From Candidatus Limihabitans stercoravium (GTDB lineage Bacteria > Bacillota > Clostridia > Christensenellales > CAG-314), in assembly GCA_018715495.1 (NCBI GenBank), contig DVLO01000008.1, forward strand, positions 9,394-73,393: a DNA stretch of 64,000 bases, in the 5' to 3' direction. Position 1 is the stretch's first letter; every line of letters begins with the position of its first letter. A program made the translations under genes and the position numbers. Positions 30,261-37,877 of the stretch are shown here, in pieces. The notes beneath the pieces were generated by a model, which saw nothing but the letters and a program-made list of their open reading frames with translations, did not search any database and was not told the DNA's origin.

Positions 30261-31685
30261 ATGTTCAAGAGCAATTTTTCTAAAAAAGCGTTGATCATGG
30301 TAGTTTCGTTGATTTTGCTTGTGTCAACATTGCTTGTTGCATGTAATCCTACGGGCAGCGAATTTAACGAATTCCCCTCACTTCCTGCTGCGGGCGAAGT
30401 GTCCAGCAACGGCGGTATTGCTGTGGCTTACGGCGACTACATCTACTACGTCAACGGTTACAACAGTTCTTATACAGGAAGCAACAAGTACGAAGGAGAT
30501 GTAGCATTGGGCAACATCGTTCGTATCGCAAAAAGCGACCTTGCCGAAATTGTTGAAATCAACAATGAAGATACAACAACAAGCAAGAAGACTGAAAAGA
30601 TCGCTGAACAAGTTTACGAAAAGTCTGAATTGGTTGTACCCAAGGTTGTTTACTCAGGTAACACAACAGATACATCCGTTACAGGTATCTACATTTTCGG
30701 AAACAAGTTGTACTACACAACACCCAACGATGATCTTACAGCAAACGGTAGTGTGAAGTACAGTGAACTGTGCATCTACAGTGCTGACCTTGACGGCAAG
30801 AACAACACCAAGTTGTTTACAATGACATCCAACAGCCTTGTGATGAGCCTGATGGAAAAGGATTCCAAGGTTTACGCAATGTACGTTGAAACAACAGCAA
30901 CAGACACAACAAAGGCTGGTCTGTACTGCGTTGAACTTACTGCAAGCGACAGAACAGCTACATTGATCAGTGAAAGCGCTACAACAGTTTCCTTTGACAA
31001 GAACACACTTTCTGCTTACTATCACAACAAGGACGGCAGTATCTGCAGTTACACAGTAGGTGATGAAAGCGAAACAGTGCTTGTGGAAAAGACAAAGGAT
31101 TCCACAATGACCTACACAATTGTTTCCAACAACAAGGGAACAGTTTACTTCAAGCAGGTAGACAGCACAAATACATCATTGAAGTACGGTCTTCTTGCAA
31201 TCAAGAAGGGCGATGAAAAGGCTGTAAGCGTATTTGCTGATGAAAGCAAGACAGGTATCTTCGGTTACGAAGAAGGCGTTGTACTTGCAGACAAACTTGC
31301 TGAATCTTCATTGAATGTTTACCAGCTGATTTACACAAGCGGTTCGGCTGAAGAAATCATTTATGTTCTTCCCGAAAGCAGTCAGGGTAGCACAATCACC
31401 ATCAACAAGATTGACGGCGACACATTGTACTACACAATCGACAGCAAGCTGTATTCGTTGAACTTGAAGACTGTTCTTGAAAGCGGTGAACCTGCAACAG
31501 GCGACGACATCACATTTGTTGCTTACTCTGTTGCTTCTACAACAGGTTGGGCAGCTTACGATGTATTGGGCGAATACGTTTTCAGTTTCAGCGGCGACAA
31601 GGTTCAGGTTGTCAAGTACGATGTTGAAAAGGAAGCTAACATCACAACAGACATCACATCTGTAAAGCCAAGCGAAGAAGAGTAA
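30261..31685 (+). CDS. Lipoprotein, probable beta-propeller (DUF5050-like)
   Basis: Lipobox LLVAC; SNGGIAV..GDYIYYVNG, repeated IY/LYY strands, SADLDG. Confidence 0.75.
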   Translation: MFKSNFSKKALIMVVSLILLVSTLLVACNPTGSEFNEFPSLPAAGEVSSNGGIAVAYGDYIYYVNGYNSSYTGSNKYEGDVALGNIVRIAKSDLAEIVEINNEDTTTSKKTEKIAEQVYEKSELVVPKVVYSGNTTDTSVTGIYIFGNKLYYTTPNDDLTANGSVKYSELCIYSADLDGKNNTKLFTMTSNSLVMSLMEKDSKVYAMYVETTATDTTKAGLYCVELTASDRTATLISESATTVSFDKNTLSAYYHNKDGSICSYTVGDESETVLVEKTKDSTMTYTIVSNNKGTVYFKQVDSTNTSLKYGLLAIKKGDEKAVSVFADESKTGIFGYEEGVVLADKLAESSLNVYQLIYTSGSAEEIIYVLPESSQGSTITINKIDGDTLYYTIDSKLYSLNLKTVLESGEPATGDDITFVAYSVASTTGWAAYDVLGEYVFSFSGDKVQVVKYDVEKEANITTDITSVKPSEEE

Positions 31686-31699
31686 TCTTTAAAACATTC

Positions 31700-31730
31700 A
31701 AGACAGGATGGCGACATCCTGTCTTTTTTT
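31700..31730 (+). terminator. Intrinsic terminator
   Basis: AAGACAGGATG-GCGA-CATCCTGTCTT + T run. Confidence 0.85.
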
Positions 31731-31762
31731 GCACGTCGCACATTTTTTACCGCATGTACGCA

Positions 31763-32143
31763 GTCTACTTTTATTAGAGTGTAGAATATACCCATTTGTA
31801 TTGACAAATAGGTTGTACTGATGTATTATATACTAGCCTTTCGGGGTAAGGATTTTTATGAGATTACGAATTAAATTGTCTACAATGCAGATCATTGCAT
31901 TGGGATTTATCATCATCATATTTTGCCTGTTCGACAATAAACAGGTTAGTGTAAGTTGTGCAGTGTGTTGCAATTGCTTGTTGTCTACTTTTGTTAGAGT
32001 TACTAACAGCGTCGATTGTATTGACAAATAGGTTGTACTGATGTATTATATACTAGCCTTTCGGGGTAAGGATTATTATGAGATTACGAATTAAACTTTC
32101 TACAATGCAGATCATTGCATTGGGATTTATCATCATCATATTT
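31763..32143 (+). repeat. Direct duplication (220-bp period) of trkH promoter and first 22 codons
   Basis: 31796-31923 vs 32016-32143 differ at 3 positions; 31763-31780 vs 31983-32000 differ at 1; each copy has TTGACA-17-TATTAT. Confidence 0.92.
31858..32031 (+). pseudogene. Truncated trkH 5' copy (57-codon ORF)
   Basis: First 22 aa identical to TrkH (MRLRIKLSTMQIIALGFIIIIF), then unrelated Cys-rich read-through to TAG. Confidence 0.6.
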
Positions 32144-33415
32144 ATTGGTGCATGTCTGCTCTGTCTGCCCTTTGCGTCGACAAACGGAAGTGTTGATTTC
32201 GTTGACGCTCTGTTTACTGCAACTTCCGCAACATGCGTTACGGGATTGGTAGTAATGGACACGGGTACGGAATGGACTCTGTTCGGACAGATTGTAATCC
32301 TTGTCATGATTCAGATCGGTGGTCTGGGCTTCATGACATTTGCAATACTGTTTCTAAGGATATTCCGTCGGCGTTTCGGGTTGAAGAACAAGGAAGTAAT
32401 GGTGGAAAGCATCAATACAAGCAACCTTGCAAGAATTGTATCCATAACAAACAAGATGTTGTGGGGTACATTGATATTCGAATTGAGCGGTGCCGTGCTT
32501 CTTGCGATAAGGTTTGTTCCCGAATACGGCTGGGGACAGGGATTGTGGTACGGATTATTCCACTCCGTTTCGGCATTCTGTAACGCAGGTTTTGACCTGC
32601 TTGGCGTGGAGACTCCCTTTATTTCGCTTGTCAATTACGCCGATGATCTGCTTGTAAACGGCGTTATCATGGCATTGATTGTAATCGGTGGTATAGGTTT
32701 CCTTGTGTGGGACGACATCACCAAGTTTGGTGTGCGTGTCAAGAGATATTCTCTGACAAGCAAGATTGTACTCAGTTTTTCCGCAATACTGATTGTTGGC
32801 GGTGCATTGCTGATGTACCTCACCGAATACGCAGGCAAGGACACAGGTCTTACCTTCGGTCAGGAAGTGCTGCGCAGTCTTTTCGCTTCTGTTACCGCAC
32901 GTACAGCAGGATTTAACACAATCAATCTTTCTGAAATGTCGGAAGGCGGACGACTTGTTACAATGTTGCTGATGTTTATCGGCGGCAGCCCCGGATCTAC
33001 TGCCGGCGGTATCAAGACAACGACTTTCGCTGTAATTTTCATATATACATTTGCAGGAGTTTCGCACAAGCAAAGTGCTGACGTGTTCGGAAGAAGAATT
33101 CCCGACGGAGCATTCAAACGCGCCGTGTACGTGTTTTTTACCAACTTGCTGTTGGTGGTTGCAGGTACATTTGTTATCAGCTGTTTGAATCCCGACATCA
33201 GGTTCAGCAGTGTAATGTTTGAATGTTTTTCTGCTATCGGTACGGTAGGTCTGACTGTCGGTATCACAACGGAACTGGACACCGTTTCACACATCGTTCT
33301 TATATTGTTGATGTATCTTGGCAGAGTGGGTAGCATTTCGTTTGCAACGGTATTGTTTGAAAAACGGGCAAGACCTGCTGTTGTCAATCCCAAAGAACGT
33401 ATTACAATTGGTTAG
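32078..33415 (+). CDS. trkH: Trk/Ktr potassium uptake permease
   Basis: SATCVTGL, SAFCNAGF, RTAGFN, SAIGTVGL selectivity loops; GGSPGSTAGGIK. Confidence 0.92.
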   Translation: MRLRIKLSTMQIIALGFIIIIFIGACLLCLPFASTNGSVDFVDALFTATSATCVTGLVVMDTGTEWTLFGQIVILVMIQIGGLGFMTFAILFLRIFRRRFGLKNKEVMVESINTSNLARIVSITNKMLWGTLIFELSGAVLLAIRFVPEYGWGQGLWYGLFHSVSAFCNAGFDLLGVETPFISLVNYADDLLVNGVIMALIVIGGIGFLVWDDITKFGVRVKRYSLTSKIVLSFSAILIVGGALLMYLTEYAGKDTGLTFGQEVLRSLFASVTARTAGFNTINLSEMSEGGRLVTMLLMFIGGSPGSTAGGIKTTTFAVIFIYTFAGVSHKQSADVFGRRIPDGAFKRAVYVFFTNLLLVVAGTFVISCLNPDIRFSSVMFECFSAIGTVGLTVGITTELDTVSHIVLILLMYLGRVGSISFATVLFEKRARPAVVNPKERITIG

Positions 33416-33426
33416 GAGTATTTAGT

Positions 33427-34074
33427 ATGGCATTGAAATCTTTTTTAATCATAGGCATGGGTTCATTCGGAACACATCTTTGCAAGGCATTGGCTAAAAG
33501 AAAGTGCGACATCATGATTGCCGATTCCGACGAAAACTGCGTGGAAAAAATGTTGCCTTACGTCACAAGTGCCAAGATCGGCAACTGCTGTGATGAACAG
33601 GTTCTTCGTTCCTTCGACATTCCGTCCTTCGATGTGTGTTTTGTGTGCATGGGTAACAATTTCCAGAACAGCCTGCAAATCACCAATCTTTTAAAGGAAC
33701 TTGGCGCTAAAAAGGTGTACAGCAAGGCGGAAGAAGATGTTCAGGCGAAGTTCCTGTTGAACAACGGCGCTGACAAAATCATCTACAGCGAAAAGGATAT
33801 TGCCGAAAAACTTGCCGTAATCGAATGTTCAACAAACGTTTTCGACCGCATCGAACTTGCTGCGGGGTACGACCTCATCGAAATGCGTTGTCCCAAGAAG
33901 TGGGTGGGTAAATCCATCATGCAGTTGAACATCCGTCACAACTACCACTTGAATGCCATTGCGGTGAGGACAGGTGACAAGTTTGTGCCGCTGGTTTCCC
34001 CCGAATACGTGTTCGGCAAGGATGACCACATCATTGTACTTGGAAGTAGCGAAGACGCCGAAAAACTTGGTTAA
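33427..34074 (+). CDS. trkA: Trk/Ktr RCK regulatory subunit
   Basis: IIGMGSFG Rossmann motif, LLKELG, C-terminal RCK_C (WVGKSI..LNIR). Confidence 0.88.
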   Translation: MALKSFLIIGMGSFGTHLCKALAKRKCDIMIADSDENCVEKMLPYVTSAKIGNCCDEQVLRSFDIPSFDVCFVCMGNNFQNSLQITNLLKELGAKKVYSKAEEDVQAKFLLNNGADKIIYSEKDIAEKLAVIECSTNVFDRIELAAGYDLIEMRCPKKWVGKSIMQLNIRHNYHLNAIAVRTGDKFVPLVSPEYVFGKDDHIIVLGSSEDAEKLG

Positions 34075-34102
34075 TTTTTACCCAATCTTTACAAAAGACC
34101 TG

Positions 34103-34131
34103 TTGATTTTTGACGTCGATTGGAGTACAAT
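34103..34131 (+). promoter_or_regulatory. Promoter upstream of B12 riboswitch
   Basis: TTGATT-17bp-TACAAT. Confidence 0.55.
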
Positions 34132-34149
34132 GCTTATAACAGAATATTT

Positions 34150-34325
34150 GACTTTATCGGTTGTCACACGGTGACATTAAAAGGGAACAATGTGCAAATC
34201 ATTGACAGTCCCGCTACGGTAAGTTGCGCCACGTTGTGGCGAAATGTTCTTTCCACTGGTTTCGCCGGGAAGGGAAGTACAGCTGTTTCTACAGTAATTC
34301 AACAAGTCCGGATACCTGCCGCACA
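34150..34325 (+). ncRNA. Cobalamin riboswitch
   Basis: AAAGGGAA..GTGCAAATC..CAGTCCCGCTACGGTAA..CCACTG..CCGGGAAGG..AGTCCGGATACCTGCC (B12 box). Confidence 0.9.
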
Positions 34326-34396
34326 AGTCGGTCGCAAAATCCCCTCGGTGTAAGGGCATGACTGAAACAGTGTACCTGTGTATCTTTGTATCTTTT

Positions 34397-34423
34397 GTGC
34401 TGTCCTGAGGGACAGCACTTTTT
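34397..34423 (+). terminator. Riboswitch expression-platform terminator
   Basis: GTGCTGTCC-TGAG-GGACAGCAC-TTTTT between aptamer and first gene. Confidence 0.85.
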
Positions 34424-34465
34424 ATTTTTGATCTTGATTTTTATTAAATACAAAAGGAGAACAAC

Positions 34466-34966
34466 ATGAAAAACACAATCAAGATTTTATCACTTGTAGT
34501 GGCATTGATTGCCATGGTAACACTGTTTGTTGCTTGCGCACCCGAAACTTCGGTAGAAAGCGACGTAAACGTTACATTGCCTGAACTTCAGGAAGGTTAC
34601 GCTTACCTTGTAATTTACGAAAAGGATGACGCTCCCTGCACCGTAATGAGTGTGAAAATCGAAGACCTTGAAGACGCTACAGTAATTACAATGTTCAATT
34701 ACCTTAAAGAAAACGAAGACCTTCACCTTGTTTCTGGCGACGGTGAATGGGGCGCTTACGTTGACGAAATCGGTAACATCAAGAATGACAGCGCAACCGG
34801 TAGCTATCTTTACTTCTACACAACAGTTGAAAGCGACTTCGATACATCTGCTTACGTTCAGACAATCAAGGTTGGCGGTCACGACCTTACGAGCAGCGGT
34901 GTAGGCGTTGGCGAAATGAAACTTGAAAGCAAGTGCATCATTTACGTAGGATTGATTACTTACTAA
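34466..34966 (+). CDS. DUF4430-like lipoprotein, putative cobalamin-binding
   Basis: Lipobox LFVAC; GAYVDEIGNI..YLYFY..SGVGV pattern; under B12 riboswitch. Confidence 0.7.
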   Translation: MKNTIKILSLVVALIAMVTLFVACAPETSVESDVNVTLPELQEGYAYLVIYEKDDAPCTVMSVKIEDLEDATVITMFNYLKENEDLHLVSGDGEWGAYVDEIGNIKNDSATGSYLYFYTTVESDFDTSAYVQTIKVGGHDLTSSGVGVGEMKLESKCIIYVGLITY

Positions 34967-34978
34967 TAAGGATTTAAT

Positions 34979-35551
34979 ATGACTAACGGCAAGAACACAG
35001 CACTGTACATCGCAGTAGTTGCGGTGTTCACTGCAATGCTGTCCGGTGGCAAGTTCGCACTGATGGCAATACCCAATGTGGAAGTTGTTACAATTCTGGT
35101 TGCATTGTTTTCCGCAGTTTGGGGGTGGAAGTATTCTATTCCCGCAACGATTATATTTGTAATACTGGAAGTGTTCCTTTGGGGATTCAACACCTGGGTT
35201 TTAGAATATTTAATTCATTGGCCCTTTGTTGCGCTGGTGTTCGGTTTGTTGGGAAAGGTTCATTTTAAAAGTAATGCAATGAAACTTATCTGCTTTACTG
35301 CCTGCGCTATGGTCGTTACATTTCTTTTTGGTGTGCAGACCAGCGTTGTGGACACGTTGCTTGCCTACAGCAGCAGTAAGGGGTTCTGGGTGGTAACTAA
35401 GGAATTCTGGTACAGGTTTTCCGTATTGTACCTCAGGGGACTGGTGTTTTTTGTGGTGCACATAATCTCAAATTGCATTCTTTTTACCTGTGCCTATCTT
35501 CCGTTGGAAAAGGTACTTCATTCCATCAAATTAAAGATGCTAAATCAATAA
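34979..35551 (+). CDS. ECF transporter S component, CbrT-like
   Basis: Hydrophobic; IPNVEVVT motif, HIISN near C-terminus; B12 context. Confidence 0.75.
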   Translation: MTNGKNTALYIAVVAVFTAMLSGGKFALMAIPNVEVVTILVALFSAVWGWKYSIPATIIFVILEVFLWGFNTWVLEYLIHWPFVALVFGLLGKVHFKSNAMKLICFTACAMVVTFLFGVQTSVVDTLLAYSSSKGFWVVTKEFWYRFSVLYLRGLVFFVVHIISNCILFTCAYLPLEKVLHSIKLKMLNQ

Positions 35552-35610
35552 AACTTATTTTCACAAAGTATTTTAAGTGTTTCATCATGGCGTTGCAGCA
35601 AAATACTTTG

Positions 35611-35638
35611 AAAGGCGGTGCGTTGCGCCGCCTTTTTT
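35611..35638 (+). terminator. Intrinsic terminator
   Basis: AAAGGCGGTGC-GTT-GCGCCGCCTTTTTT. Confidence 0.85.
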
Positions 35639-35683
35639 CGTGCGAAAGTCGTTGTGACAGGCAATCTTTTTGCACGCAGTCTT

Positions 35684-35712
35684 TTGACAAATAACAAAAG
35701 GTAATGTATAAT
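35684..35712 (+). promoter_or_regulatory. Consensus sigmaA promoter of proS
   Basis: TTGACA-17bp-TATAAT. Confidence 0.8.
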
Positions 35713-35766
35713 ATTGCGTGATAAGCAAGGAAACAAAATACGTTCCCTTTGTCAAGGAGAAAGACA

Positions 35767-37209
35767 ATGGCAGACAAGAAACAATTTGTTAAAGAAATAG
35801 CCGATTTTAACGAAGATTTTCCTCAATGGTACACCGACGTGGTGTTGAAGACTGAACTTGTAGACTACGGTCCTATCAAGGGTACAATGGTAATTCGTCC
35901 TTACGGTTACGCAATCTGGGAAAACATACAGCGTAATCTTGATGACAGATTTAAAAAGACAGGCCATCAGAACGCCTATTTCCCGTTGCTCATTCCGCAA
36001 AGTCTGTTGCAGAAAGAAGCGGAACACGTTGAAGGTTTTGCTCCCGAAGTTGCAATGGTAACGGTTGCAGGCGGTGAAAAACTTGCCGAACCTTACGTTG
36101 TACGTCCTACCAGTGAAACAATCTTCTGTACAATGTATTCCAAGTGGATAAACAGCTACCGTGATCTTCCCTTGAAGCTCAATCAGTGGGCAAACGCTGT
36201 GCGTTGGGAAAAGACCACAAGACCTTTCCTTCGTACAAGTGAATTCTTGTGGCAGGAAGGTCACACAATCCACGCCACACGTGAAGAATCCATGAAGGAA
36301 ACAATGGACATGCTGTATCTTTACAGAGATTTCGCACGTGAAGTTCTTGCAATGCCCACATTTGTTGGTCAGAAGAGTGAAAAGGAAAAATTTGCAGGTG
36401 CAGAAGCTACATTCGGTATGGAAGCAATGATGCTGGACGGCAAGAGCTTGCAGGCAGGTACAACTCACCACTTCGGTCAGAAGTTCAGCCGTGCTTACGA
36501 CATCCAGTTTTTGGACAAGGACGGTACTCACAAGTACGTATGGCAGACAAGCTGGGGCGTTTCCACACGTCTTATCGGTGCACTCATCATGGCTCACGGC
36601 GATCAACGTGGTTTGGTGTTGCCTCCTATGGTTGCGCCCATTCAGGTAATCGTTGTTCCCGTTGCAATGCACAAGGAAGGCGTCAAGGAAAAGGCTCAGG
36701 AAATCGTGGACGCACTGCTGGCTCAAGGCATCCGTGCTCAGGCTGACTTTACCGACAACTCTCCCGGTTGGAAGTTCAATCAATGGGAAATGAAGGGCGT
36801 TCCCGTTCGTCTTGAAGTTGGTCCCAGAGACATCGAACAGGGCGTAGCAACAGTAGTTACACGTCACAATCTTGAAAAGGGAACTATTTCTCTTGAAGGC
36901 TGTGCCGAAATCGTTGAACAATTGCTCAAAGACGTTCAGAACGCAATGTACGAAAAGGCTCTTGCTTTCCGCAACTCTCACGTAAGAGAAGTCCACAATA
37001 TGCAAGAACTGGAGCAAGCCTTGAACGACAAGTGCTTTGCCAAGGTTATGTGGGATCAGGATCCCGAATGCGAAGCACTGGTTAAAGAAAAGTTGCAGGC
37101 TACCGTTCGTGTAATGCTTGACGACGAAAAACCGTTCGACGACGTTTGTGGCATTTGTGGCAAAAAGAGTGACAACTTGCGTGTAGCTATCATCGCTCGT
37201 GCTTATTGA
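35767..37209 (+). CDS. proS: Prolyl-tRNA synthetase, archaeal/eukaryote-type (no INS editing domain)
   Basis: RPTSET, PFLRTSEFLWQEGHT, QTSWGVSTR, C-terminal Zn motif and ARAY end. Confidence 0.96.
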   Translation: MADKKQFVKEIADFNEDFPQWYTDVVLKTELVDYGPIKGTMVIRPYGYAIWENIQRNLDDRFKKTGHQNAYFPLLIPQSLLQKEAEHVEGFAPEVAMVTVAGGEKLAEPYVVRPTSETIFCTMYSKWINSYRDLPLKLNQWANAVRWEKTTRPFLRTSEFLWQEGHTIHATREESMKETMDMLYLYRDFAREVLAMPTFVGQKSEKEKFAGAEATFGMEAMMLDGKSLQAGTTHHFGQKFSRAYDIQFLDKDGTHKYVWQTSWGVSTRLIGALIMAHGDQRGLVLPPMVAPIQVIVVPVAMHKEGVKEKAQEIVDALLAQGIRAQADFTDNSPGWKFNQWEMKGVPVRLEVGPRDIEQGVATVVTRHNLEKGTISLEGCAEIVEQLLKDVQNAMYEKALAFRNSHVREVHNMQELEQALNDKCFAKVMWDQDPECEALVKEKLQATVRVMLDDEKPFDDVCGICGKKSDNLRVAIIARAY

Positions 37210-37242
37210 TACTCTAAGTTGGATTTGACGAATAATCAGCTT

Positions 37243-37272
37243 AAAAAGGCAGTGGAATTTCCCCTGCCTTTT
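37243..37272 (+). terminator. Intrinsic terminator after proS
   Basis: AAAAGGCAG..GGAA/TTCC..CTGCCTTTT. Confidence 0.7.
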
Positions 37273-37567
37273 ACTTTGTGTTGTATATGTTTGTGTCGGG
37301 ATGCGATTTGTATTGTGGTGTTAAATCTTTTCTTCGTGCAACTTAGCAAATAAAACCATTCGTAAGAAAAAAAATCGTAAAAAATAGTAACACATTTCTG
37401 CTAAATACATACAATACTTAATATCAACGTCCTGTTGATTCAACAAAATTCAACTTGAAGTTGGAACAAGTCAGCACAAATGTAACAAAAATTGCTTGAA
37501 AATAGCCAAAATTCCTGCATTTGGCAGTAAAAATGCAAAAAAAATGCTGAAAACATGTTGAAAATGC

Positions 37568-37596
37568 TTGCAAAGTAAAAAAAATTGTGGTAACAT
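37568..37596 (+). promoter_or_regulatory. Probable promoter of opp operon
   Basis: TTGCAA-17bp-TAACAT with extended TG; A-tract upstream. Confidence 0.55.
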
Positions 37597-37877
37597 TTCA
37601 ACATTAACAACCAAGAGAGTCAAATGGGGTTTGTTAAATTGAAAAAAAATTAACAGGTATTCTCGGCGTTGAAGCGATTAGTCTGAAACTTAATACACAA
37701 GTTTTTTGGTAACTCAGAATCATCTCTGTTTACGCTTCGCCATCCTTTTTTTCGGTTTGACAAGTCTGTAAGGTTGTTTTCTGGGTTTTTTTGTTACACT
37801 GAAAACCCATCCGCCTGTTAGTCAACGTTACAAACGTTTACTATATTTATTTTGAAATTTTTATGGAGGTAACGAAT

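Noticed and set aside
31730-32077. c-di-AMP (ydaO) riboswitch upstream of trkH
   Set aside because: The promoter lies only about 30 nt before the start codon and no ydaO consensus was seen.
35713-35766. T-box leader for proS
   Set aside because: The leader is only about 50 nt and has no T-box consensus or terminator.
35752-37017. Long antisense ORFs (e.g. 35752-37017, 3768-4880, 26202-27134, 53668-54579, 55841-56722)
   Set aside because: Shadow frames of codon-biased genes; no RBS and no recognisable protein motifs.
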